Source of the DNA: an uncultured Terracidiphilus sp.
GTDB taxonomy: Bacteria; Acidobacteriota; Terriglobia; Terriglobales; Acidobacteriaceae
Assembly: GCA_964614635.1 (NCBI GenBank)
Contig: CAZTLV010000016.1
Coordinates: forward strand, 18,547-82,546
DNA length: 64,000 bases
Reading direction: 5' to 3'
How positions within the stretch are numbered: position 1 is the first letter of the stretch; each line of letters starts with the position of its first letter. Shown here piece after piece: positions 1 to 7,360 of this stretch. Position numbers and translations under genes: made by a program. A model generated the notes under the pieces. The model made no database searches. It saw nothing but the letters and a program-made list of their open reading frames with translations, and was not told where the DNA came from.

Positions 1-661
1 GAGTGAGCAACTCGTTGATGGCGCGCGGCATTTTGCGCGAGGCGTGCAGAATCACCGCCGACCCATCCATGTTGAAATGCCCATCGCGGACCGAAAGGAT
101 CTCCGCCGAAGAGCCGTCGGTAAACAGGCAGAAGTCCGCAACGCGCGCGAATCCTGTCTGCACGTCCACCAGGGCCGCACCCGCTCCGTCGCCGAACAGA
201 ATTCCAGTATTCTTGCCTTCGGGAGTAAGCGAAACGCGGCGCGACATGATTTCCGCGCCCACCACCAGGACGCGGCCTGCACCGGATGCAAGCTGCGCGG
301 CCAATATGAGCCCAATCAACGACCCTGCGGAGGAGACCGGAATGTCGAGAGCCGGCGTAGTCGCAAGTCCTAGGCCAGTGGCGATCTGGCTTGCAGGTCC
401 GGGACAAAAACGATCGCTCGATCCGCTGGCAACCAGGATCATGCCCAGGTCGGCGGCATTCGCTCCTGCGTTTTCAAGGCAATTCTTTGCAGCCTGCAAA
501 CCGATTCCGGCTACCGTATCTGTGTCGGCGGCGTAGCGGCGCTCTTCGATGCCGGAGACTTCCAGAATCCATCCTGGCGATGCATCTACTAGCGGAGCAA
601 GTTCCAGGTTATTGACGCGACGCGGCGGGAGCCATGATCCGAAGGCGCGCAAAAAGGGCAT
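1..661 (-). CDS. KAS III (FabH)-like protein, N-terminal part only (the gene runs off the left edge); probably an acyltransferase rather than a condensing enzyme
   Basis: My own translation of the minus strand from the ATG at 661..659 gives MPFLRAFGSWLPPRRVNNLELAPLVDASPGWILEVSGIEERRYAADTDTVAGIGLQAAKNCLENAGANAADLGMILVASGSSDRFCPGPASQIATGLGLATTPALDIPVSSAGSLIGLILAAQLASGAGRVLVVGAEIMSRRV..GILFGDGAGAALV. It aligns without gaps to the FabH N-terminal half. It is absent from the ORF track because there is no stop inside the window. The position equivalent to FabH Cys112 is Ser (codon 331..329). Confidence 0.8.
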   Translation of the reverse strand, partial: MPFLRAFGSWLPPRRVNNLELAPLVDASPGWILEVSGIEERRYAADTDTVAGIGLQAAKNCLENAGANAADLGMILVASGSSDRFCPGPASQIATGLGLATTPALDIPVSSAGSLIGLILAAQLASGAGRVLVVGAEIMSRRVSLTPEGKNTGILFGDGAGAALVDVQTGFARVADFCLFTDGSSAEILSVRDGHFNMDGSAVILHASRKMPRAINELLT

Positions 662-664
662 GGG

Positions 665-898
665 TCAGCTCTTGGCGGCAAGGTAGGCTTCAACCTTGCT
701 GATGGTGTCAAACTTGCGCGCTGACAAGTCAGAGTCGGGAATCGTGACTCCAAACTCCTCTTCCAACCCCGTCACAAAGTCGGCCAATGCAAATGAGTCC
801 AACAGTCCTGAAACAAACAGCGACTCGTCCGCGCCGGGGCTGATCTCTTTGCCTGACACCTTTTGCAGAACCTTAAGGATTCGCGCTTGTGGTTCCAT
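665..898 (-). CDS. Acyl/peptidyl carrier protein (ACP/DltC-like)
   Basis: 77-aa ORF with the carrier-protein signature SGLLDSFALADFV. The phosphopantetheine-attachment Ser lies in D-S-F (codon 796..794). The stop is 3 nt upstream of the KAS III-like start. Confidence 0.85.
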   Translation of the reverse strand: MEPQARILKVLQKVSGKEISPGADESLFVSGLLDSFALADFVTGLEEEFGVTIPDSDLSARKFDTISKVEAYLAAKS

Positions 899-2396
899 CT
901 GTTACTCCCTGTGCGGTAGTTTCGTTGCCATTTGCAATGCGCGCTTTATAGGCGTGGTAGCCGGAGACCAGGTCGGACACAAGAGTGTCAGCCAGCGCCC
1001 GGTATCCTTCACCGGTGAAGTGTGTGTGGTCCGGTTGCGCCCAGCCCGCGTAAACCCACTCCTGCATTGCCCCCAAACCGCCCATTCGCTTGCGCTGATC
1101 CCAATAGGCGCATCCGTGGCTGCGACAAACATTTCGCTGTGCCAGAATGATGTGATCGGTTCCGGCGTAGGGATGCCAGCTCCGATGCTGTGACAACGAA
1201 CGGTCAGGCGGGCCGACCACCAGGATCGACGACTCCGGCACATACTGGTGCAGTGTGTCGATGATGGTGGCGAAGGCCTGCTCATACGTCTCCTCATCCC
1301 AATAGGAACTGGCAGCTTCGTTGGTGCCATAAGCCAGCACGATCAAGGCAGGAGAATTGTCTTTCAGATATCGCGAGAAGAGCGGTTGATCCCATTTCAA
1401 AATCAGGGGCGCTTCAGCTCCATTGATGCCAATCGACTCCCATGTGACTCCCGGCTGGGTGGCAACCCAGCCCAGTAGAGTCACCGGTGCGCTTTGTTCC
1501 GTTGTCACTTCGAAGTGATGTGCGCCCGCAGGACAAAAATAGCTATACGTCCCTGGACCGGCGGTTGGAGCGTCGGTTTGGATTTCCGCCGTGTCAACGC
1601 CATTGTCAGTGAAGCGCAGCGTTCCGCCGCCCGGTTGCTGCAGGTATTGCAGTTCAAGCGTGGTACAGGCCGTGTCCAGCGTCACCCATTCCCCATCGCG
1701 TTCGGTCGAGATGCTGATGCCGCCGAGTCCCGTTTGCCCATCTCCAAGCTGCAGGAATTTGTTGCCCTGGGTCTTCCACCCCGCTGACTGAGAACGTTCC
1801 GAGCCAAGAATTCGGTAGCCGGCAAATGGGTGGCCCGCGTACGAGAAGCCAATGCCGCCATCGCCGAACTGATCCTGAAATACCCGTCGCGCCTCCCCGG
1901 TAAACATATCTGCCGCTGTATGCGAATCGCCGAATTGCAGCACCCGCACGGTGCCGGTTTGCGGGCCGGTGTCATGCAGGGCCGACTCGTGCGATTCGAG
2001 CTGCGCATAAAACCCATCCAGCGCGGAGCTGAATGCAATGGCCTGCGGTTCCGGGTCCTTGAGTTCTGAGCCGATCTCTTCTGCCAATGCGGCCTTGCGC
2101 GCAGGATCAACCCGCTGCCGGGGATAGTAATGCACGCGTGTGTGGAGTCGCGATCGACTTGTCTTGCCCGTAGTTGTACGAGTCGAGGGGCCGCTGACTG
2201 ACGCACCATGAGTGCTTCTGTGTGTCGCGGAGCCCGACTTGCTCGCCGCCGCGGTGTGGTGCTTCTTTTTGGTTGTTGAAGCAGAAAGCACGGCGGCGCC
2301 GGCGAACATCAGCAACAACAATGATGCAAGCACCGCCGGCATCCAGATGGAAGTGCGCCGAGTTTCATTACGCCGGGTTTGAAGATGCCAGCTCAT
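873..2396 (-). CDS. Membrane-anchored or exported SGNH/GDSL-fold protein (DltD/AlgX-like), paralogue 1
   Basis: 507-aa ORF with an N-terminal hydrophobic segment (AVLASLLLLMFAGAAVLSA) followed by an S/T/K-rich linker. SGNH blocks are FGDSHT (I), IGINGAE (II), YGTNEA (III) and DHTHF (V). A beta-rich insert sits between blocks I and II. The start overlaps the upstream stop (ATGA at 2393..2396). Confidence 0.7.
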   Translation of the reverse strand: MSWHLQTRRNETRRTSIWMPAVLASLLLLMFAGAAVLSASTTKKKHHTAAASKSGSATHRSTHGASVSGPSTRTTTGKTSRSRLHTRVHYYPRQRVDPARKAALAEEIGSELKDPEPQAIAFSSALDGFYAQLESHESALHDTGPQTGTVRVLQFGDSHTAADMFTGEARRVFQDQFGDGGIGFSYAGHPFAGYRILGSERSQSAGWKTQGNKFLQLGDGQTGLGGISISTERDGEWVTLDTACTTLELQYLQQPGGGTLRFTDNGVDTAEIQTDAPTAGPGTYSYFCPAGAHHFEVTTEQSAPVTLLGWVATQPGVTWESIGINGAEAPLILKWDQPLFSRYLKDNSPALIVLAYGTNEAASSYWDEETYEQAFATIIDTLHQYVPESSILVVGPPDRSLSQHRSWHPYAGTDHIILAQRNVCRSHGCAYWDQRKRMGGLGAMQEWVYAGWAQPDHTHFTGEGYRALADTLVSDLVSGYHAYKARIANGNETTAQGVTDGTTSANP

Positions 2397-3958
2397 TTGT
2401 CCCTGGCCTTCTTTCCGGTGTGTCTTTTGGCAGGTTTCGATTTGGGCGATGCAGTGGGTGCCTCAGTCTTCGGGGGTGCTGCGGTTGGAGCGGGCAAGGC
2501 AATGCCGTGTTGCATCTTCCATCGATTGTATCCCAGCCCCAACTGATCCACGAACAGCCCTGCCACGATAGTGGCACCCTGCGGTGTGGGATGAAGCAGG
2601 TCGGCGGTACACAACCTTGGGCTCGCCGCATACCAGCGAGCCATGGTGCCATCACCCCCCATCGCGTCGTATGTGTCGAAGAAGGCGACATGCGTCTCGG
2701 CAGCCACTTGCCGTTGAATCGCAACGATTTCGGGAATCGTACTCATGGTTTTGATTTCATCCAGCCCGGTGCGTTCACCCCGGTCCATCGGGCTCATCAC
2801 CAATATGGATGCGGATGGGACGGCCGCGCGAAGCCTCTGGATAGCTAGACGCAATTCCGCTGCGTATTGCTTGTGCACGAAGGTACCGAAACTGCTCTCG
2901 TTGGAACCATAGTTGATAATCACCAGCGTCGGCGCAGCATGGTCCAGTTCCTGCTTCCAAAGTGTGGGTTGCAGCACGCGCGCCACCACCGAGGTGGTTG
3001 CTCCATTCAATCCAAGGCTGTCGTACAGCAGCCCCGTGGTCCCACGCCTGAAATCCGCACCAAACAAGGTCACAGTTCCCGATGTGGGCCGGATTGAAAC
3101 AGTCTTTGTTCCTATGGGCAATTCCACCCGCACCCCGCCGACACTCTGCGTTTCAGCGTCGGTGGTTTCTTCCGCCATTTGCTGGTCATCCGCCTCCACC
3201 GCGAATTTGCCTCCGCCGGGTTTGGCAAGGTACTCGAAAATTACAGCGGATTGTTGCGACTCGGTAAGCCGGAATTTGCTCCATGCTCCCGGTTCTCCCT
3301 CAAACGCTGCGCCGCCAAGCCCATAGATGCCCTCGCGCATGAGCCCCACACCGGTCCGAATCTTCCATCCGTGGTCGCTGATCTCCACGCCGCGGTGTCC
3401 GTACCATGCCCATGGCTTGGCAATCAGCGCGTAACCGCGGCCGGCATCGCCAAACCGGCTCTGCAGTTGCGAGCGCACGTCCCCGGTGATCAAGTCGGCA
3501 GTCGTGGGTGAGTCGCCATAATGCAGCACTGTGACGATCCCGGCTTTCGGCTGGTCCGGGTTCGCAACTCCAAGCTGTTGTTGCTCCAGCGTCCAAAGCG
3601 CTGAGAAGAAGGGATCCAGGTTGTTGGTGTCGTCGGCAAATACAGGCGACACCTCCGGCAACTTCCCATTGCCCCTGGGTTGAATGACGGGCAGCTTAGG
3701 CACCACTGGAGCGGGCGGATGTGGCCAGGCGAGCCGGAAGGTCTCTGCGAATATCCCCGGGTCAAGCCCCTTACCGTGATCCACATACCATTGCCAACCA
3801 TACAGTGCTCCCGCCAGAACCAGGATGGCCAGCGCCGTCTTCAGCGGGAACCTATTGCCGCCGCCAGATGGGCCGGCCCCTGACTGAGTGGTGTCAGGCT
3901 GGTCGGGATCGGGTTCCGAAAGATTAAAAATTCCCATAGACAAAAGGAGCGGAACCAC
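2393..3958 (-). CDS. Membrane-anchored or exported SGNH/GDSL-fold protein (DltD/AlgX-like), paralogue 2
   Basis: 521-aa ORF with the same block order as 873..2396: YGDSPT, LGLNGAT, YGSNES, DLLHPT. It has an N-terminal TM segment (ALAILVLAGALYGW). An alternative start lies at 3937. It overlaps the MBOAT stop. Confidence 0.7.
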   Translation of the reverse strand: MVPLLLSMGIFNLSEPDPDQPDTTQSGAGPSGGGNRFPLKTALAILVLAGALYGWQWYVDHGKGLDPGIFAETFRLAWPHPPAPVVPKLPVIQPRGNGKLPEVSPVFADDTNNLDPFFSALWTLEQQQLGVANPDQPKAGIVTVLHYGDSPTTADLITGDVRSQLQSRFGDAGRGYALIAKPWAWYGHRGVEISDHGWKIRTGVGLMREGIYGLGGAAFEGEPGAWSKFRLTESQQSAVIFEYLAKPGGGKFAVEADDQQMAEETTDAETQSVGGVRVELPIGTKTVSIRPTSGTVTLFGADFRRGTTGLLYDSLGLNGATTSVVARVLQPTLWKQELDHAAPTLVIINYGSNESSFGTFVHKQYAAELRLAIQRLRAAVPSASILVMSPMDRGERTGLDEIKTMSTIPEIVAIQRQVAAETHVAFFDTYDAMGGDGTMARWYAASPRLCTADLLHPTPQGATIVAGLFVDQLGLGYNRWKMQHGIALPAPTAAPPKTEAPTASPKSKPAKRHTGKKARDK

Positions 3959-5291
3959 GGCCCGCCAGCGTTTGAATCAGCAGAATCAGGGCCGCCATGG
4001 CCAGGCCCTGCACCCAGAATGGGGTGCGAGCCGCCAGGCCGACCGAAACCTCAAACCAGCGGGCCGGGAGCGAATGGAGGATTGAAGCAATCACCAGAAA
4101 GCCAAGCACAATCGGCGTCAGATTGTCCGTCGACCAGGTAAGCGCGCCAAGACTGCGCAGGATAGCCAGGGCGTTCTGCAGAGAACTGGCGCGGAAGAAG
4201 ATCCAGGTAAAGCAGACAAAGTTGAATGTAATCAGGCCGCCCAGCAACTTGGCCCACCAATGGGGTGACGGAATTTTTCGCCACAGTTTCCAGGCGAAAA
4301 CGACGCCAAGTGCCAATCCGTGCAGCACACCCCAGATGAGGAAGTTCCAGCTGATTCCGTGCCAGAGACCGCCCAAGGTAAAAGTGATCAGGAACGCATA
4401 GCCAAATGAAAGCAGCGGATGCCTGCGCCGCTTGGGCAACACATCGAAAAGGTAATCGCGCAGCCAGTTGGAGAAGGTGATGTGCCAGCGTCGCCAGAAC
4501 TCCGCCACATTCACTGACAGGTAGGGCTGACTGAAGTTTTCAGGCAGTTGCAGGCCCAGCAGCAGTGCCGCACCGATTGCAATATCTGTGTAGCCTGAAA
4601 AATCAAAGAAGAGTTGCAGGGCATAGGCGTACACCCCCACCAGCGTTTCCACACTGGAATAGAGCGCAGGAGTGTCAAACACGCGCCCCACCAGGTTGTT
4701 AGCCAGGTAGTCGGCAATCAGCAGCTTCTTCACCAGCCCGATGCCGATCAGCAGCAGGGCGCGCCCGCCATCCTCTTTGGTGAAGGCGAATGGCTTTGAA
4801 AGCTGGGCCAAGAGCGTGCCCTGGCGCGGAATGGGCCCAGCAGTCATCGATGGGAAAAACAATGCGGATGCAAGGTAAGCCAGGTAGCTGCGGGTCGGCT
4901 TGATCTCGGCTCGGTAGAGATCGATTGTGTAAGTAAGCGATTGAAAACAATAGAACGACAAGCTCAATGTAAACAACCAGCCGAATCGACCGACGGTGAG
5001 CAGGGGAACCAGTTTGAGTCCAACCAGGAGACCAAGGTTGATCGCCAGCGACACGCCAAGCAGGACCCGGCGCGCGGCCAACTTTGGTGAGCGCCCAAAC
5101 CCAAGACCAGCCAGGTAGTCGACGCTGGCCGCCAGCGGAAGAGCGAGGTAGATCAAGCTGAAACGGGCCAGGAAGAACAGGTTTGCCGCAACCAGAATCG
5201 CCAATTGCAGCCGACGTGACCCGGCGGCGGCCCAGTAGAGGAAGCACACCGCAACCAGAAAAACAAAAAAAGGAGCCGCGCTGACCAGCAT
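3924..5291 (-). CDS. Membrane-bound O-acyltransferase (MBOAT; AlgI/DltB/PatA family)
   Basis: 455-aa polytopic membrane ORF with the MBOAT signatures FWRRWHITFSNWLRDYLF and LGGLWHGISWNFLIWGVLHG. Confidence 0.9.
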   Translation of the reverse strand: MLVSAAPFFVFLVAVCFLYWAAAGSRRLQLAILVAANLFFLARFSLIYLALPLAASVDYLAGLGFGRSPKLAARRVLLGVSLAINLGLLVGLKLVPLLTVGRFGWLFTLSLSFYCFQSLTYTIDLYRAEIKPTRSYLAYLASALFFPSMTAGPIPRQGTLLAQLSKPFAFTKEDGGRALLLIGIGLVKKLLIADYLANNLVGRVFDTPALYSSVETLVGVYAYALQLFFDFSGYTDIAIGAALLLGLQLPENFSQPYLSVNVAEFWRRWHITFSNWLRDYLFDVLPKRRRHPLLSFGYAFLITFTLGGLWHGISWNFLIWGVLHGLALGVVFAWKLWRKIPSPHWWAKLLGGLITFNFVCFTWIFFRASSLQNALAILRSLGALTWSTDNLTPIVLGFLVIASILHSLPARWFEVSVGLAARTPFWVQGLAMAALILLIQTLAGRGSAPFVYGNF

Positions 5292-5812
5292 GGAAGGAAT
5301 CCAGACTATCGTCCACGACCGCGGCGTGGAGGTTGAGCCAACCCGGGTCCGCCAAGGCCTGTTTTCATGGTGAGGGATTTCGCGCTTCGCTCACTCACAC
5401 TGCGTGCAAGAAATCTTCTTTGGGAATCCACTTGATCACCTCGCAAGTGCTTGAAGGTATGTGCAAAACCGGCGAGGTACGCCGGCAGGCGGCTCGCGGA
5501 CTTCGCCAGGAATTGGAGCGGGACAAGGGGTTACCGCATGCTAAACATTGGTTGGATCCAGCCACCTGAACGCGAAGGGACAGACCGGGCAGAGTGGTGG
5601 GCGAGACAGGCTTCGCGGGCCCAGCCAGCTAAAAATGGTTGCAAACTCGGAAAATACCTGATTTTGCACCAATTTTAGTGCATTTTACAAGTTGCAGAGG
5701 CTAAATGGCTTAGCGGGAATCTGCCGCAATTGAGGTTTTGACGGCGCCGAAATCCACGCAATTATTGTCGTTTCCAGCAAAAATGGGGTTGGCGAGTTGG
5801 TAAAATCGTCAG

Positions 5813-6361
5813 ATGGTTATTCGAAGGAAATCACGCAATATGAGCTTGAAGAGCCCGCTTGGGAATTGGATCCTGGCGGGTATTTCTTCCGTTGCGCTGG
5901 TTGCCGTGGCATTTACATTTGTCACCCCAACAGTGCAAGCAGATGCGCGGCTTCCCAGACCCGCTTCAACCGCGCCACCACCTTCCCCCATCCTGAGCGC
6001 GACACCGGCGATGCAGACTCCGCCAAAGCCCACTGTTGCTTATGAGGACAAACTCCACGGCATTGCGTCCTGGTATGGTGCTGTCCTCGATGGCCACCGC
6101 ACCGCCAGTGGAGAGCGCTTCGACATGTACGCCATGACCGCCTGCCACCCTACCCTCCCGTTCGGCAGCATCGTGCGGGTAGTCGACCGAAATACTGATA
6201 AATCGGTCGTGGTGCGCATCAACGATCGCGGCATCCTGTCCAAGGGGCGCATCATTGACCTTTCCTACGCAGCCGCCAGGGAACTTAACATCACCAGGGC
6301 CGGTCTTGCCCAGGTAGATGTCGAGGTCATTTCCCTGGGACACAAGCGCCACAAGCAGTAA
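5813..6361 (+). CDS. rlpA: Septal-ring lytic transglycosylase RlpA-family protein (DPBB domain)
   Basis: GIASWYGAVLDGHRTASGERFDMYAMTACHPTLPFGSIVRVVDRNTDKSVVVRINDRGILSKGRIIDLSYAAARELN is the classic RlpA double-psi beta-barrel core. There is an N-terminal signal/TM segment. An alternative ATG lies at 5840. Confidence 0.85.
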   Translation: MVIRRKSRNMSLKSPLGNWILAGISSVALVAVAFTFVTPTVQADARLPRPASTAPPPSPILSATPAMQTPPKPTVAYEDKLHGIASWYGAVLDGHRTASGERFDMYAMTACHPTLPFGSIVRVVDRNTDKSVVVRINDRGILSKGRIIDLSYAAARELNITRAGLAQVDVEVISLGHKRHKQ

Positions 6362-6472
6362 GCAGGCTCTCTTTTTAGCCAGCGGCCAGCCTCCGGGCTG
6401 GCTTTCCTGCTTGCCTGCGTGTTGCAGTCAGGCAAGAGCACAAGGTAGGATGGCGCACGAACGGGAGGTCTC

Positions 6473-6934
6473 ATGAACCGACGCGAATTCTCCGCTCTTC
6501 TGCCTGTGCTTTTTGCGGCTCCATCATTTGCACCCGAGGCTGCAGCCCAGGCCGTGTCGCCGCCTGCCCAATCTCAGGCTCCATTGCCCACTTTGACCTC
6601 GGGCCTCTATCCCGGAGATGCCGTCGCCGAGCCGAAGGTCCAGCACGTCACGCATCACTATGTGCTGGGCTTGCTGCCTGACAATATCCGGCTTGAGGCG
6701 CACGGCTCCATCCTTGCCCCTGGCGCGCCTCACGAGAAGGTCGGCCATCACAAGCATTCAGAGATCTGGTTTATGCGCACCGGCACCGCTACGCTCATGA
6801 CCGCCGGCACCGAACGAACCCTCAAACCCGGGGACATGGGCATTTGCATAGCCGGAGACGAGCACTGGATCGGGAATGCAAGCGCCACCGAGCCCGTCTC
6901 GTACTACGTGCTCACCGTCGGCCCGCCCGAGTAA
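6473..6934 (+). CDS. Exported cupin-domain protein (twin-arginine-type signal)
   Basis: The N-terminus MNRREFSALLPVLFAAPSFAPEAAAQA has an RR-x-F motif. The cupin core is GHHKHSEIWFMRTGTATL...PGDMGICIAGDEHWIGN. It is a paralogue of 45093..45569. Confidence 0.7.
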   Translation: MNRREFSALLPVLFAAPSFAPEAAAQAVSPPAQSQAPLPTLTSGLYPGDAVAEPKVQHVTHHYVLGLLPDNIRLEAHGSILAPGAPHEKVGHHKHSEIWFMRTGTATLMTAGTERTLKPGDMGICIAGDEHWIGNASATEPVSYYVLTVGPPE

Positions 6935-6961
6935 CGGTTTAAAAACCAGCTTGAATTCCCC

Positions 6962-6999
6962 TTGACAATCGACAAGAGCCAGATTAAATCTATTGTCGA
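6962..6999 (+). promoter_or_regulatory. Candidate sigma70-type promoter with an overlapping inverted repeat (possible PadR operator)
   Basis: TTGACA (6962..6967), a 17-nt spacer, then TAAATC (6985..6990), located 26 nt upstream of the PadR ATG at 7016. An inverted repeat TCGACAA (6969..6975) / TTGTCGA (6993..6999) brackets the -10 element. Confidence 0.35.
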
Positions 7000-7015
7000 A
7001 TGCCGAGGGGAACCG

Positions 7016-7360
7016 ATGCCACCATCCACAGACCTATTACAGGGAACGCTGGACCTGCTCATTCTGCAAACGCTTGTCCTTGGCCCGATGCACGGTTGGG
7101 GAGTCGCGCAGCGGATTCAGCAGGTTTCGAAGGATGTATTGCAGATCGGCCAGGGGTCGCTCTACCCGGCATTGCATCGCCTCGAATACAAGGGTTGGAT
7201 TCAGTCCGATTGGGGTAACTCTGACAACAATCGGCGTGCGAAGTTCTACTCCCTTACCCCCACTGGCAGAAAGCAGCTCGAGTCTGAGCGCGAGACCTGG
7301 GAGCTTCTCTCCTCGGCCATTGGCCTGGTGCTGGGCAGGGTTCCGGAGGCGTCAGCATGA
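7016..7360 (+). CDS. PadR-family transcriptional regulator
   Basis: LLQGTLDLLILQTLVLGPMHGWGVAQRIQQVSKDVLQIGQGSLYPALHRLEYKGWIQSDWGNSDNNRRAKFYSLTPTGRKQL is the PadR winged-helix signature. I chose the ATG at 7016 rather than the TTG at 6962, which lies inside the predicted promoter. Confidence 0.9.
   Translation: MPPSTDLLQGTLDLLILQTLVLGPMHGWGVAQRIQQVSKDVLQIGQGSLYPALHRLEYKGWIQSDWGNSDNNRRAKFYSLTPTGRKQLESERETWELLSSAIGLVLGRVPEASA

Noticed and set aside
3-536. Plus-strand ORFs at the left edge (3..536 and 44..373).
   Set aside because: Their translations are Arg/Ala/Ser-rich and motif-free. The opposite strand gives a gapless FabH-like protein starting at 661, so the plus-strand ORFs are shadow frames.
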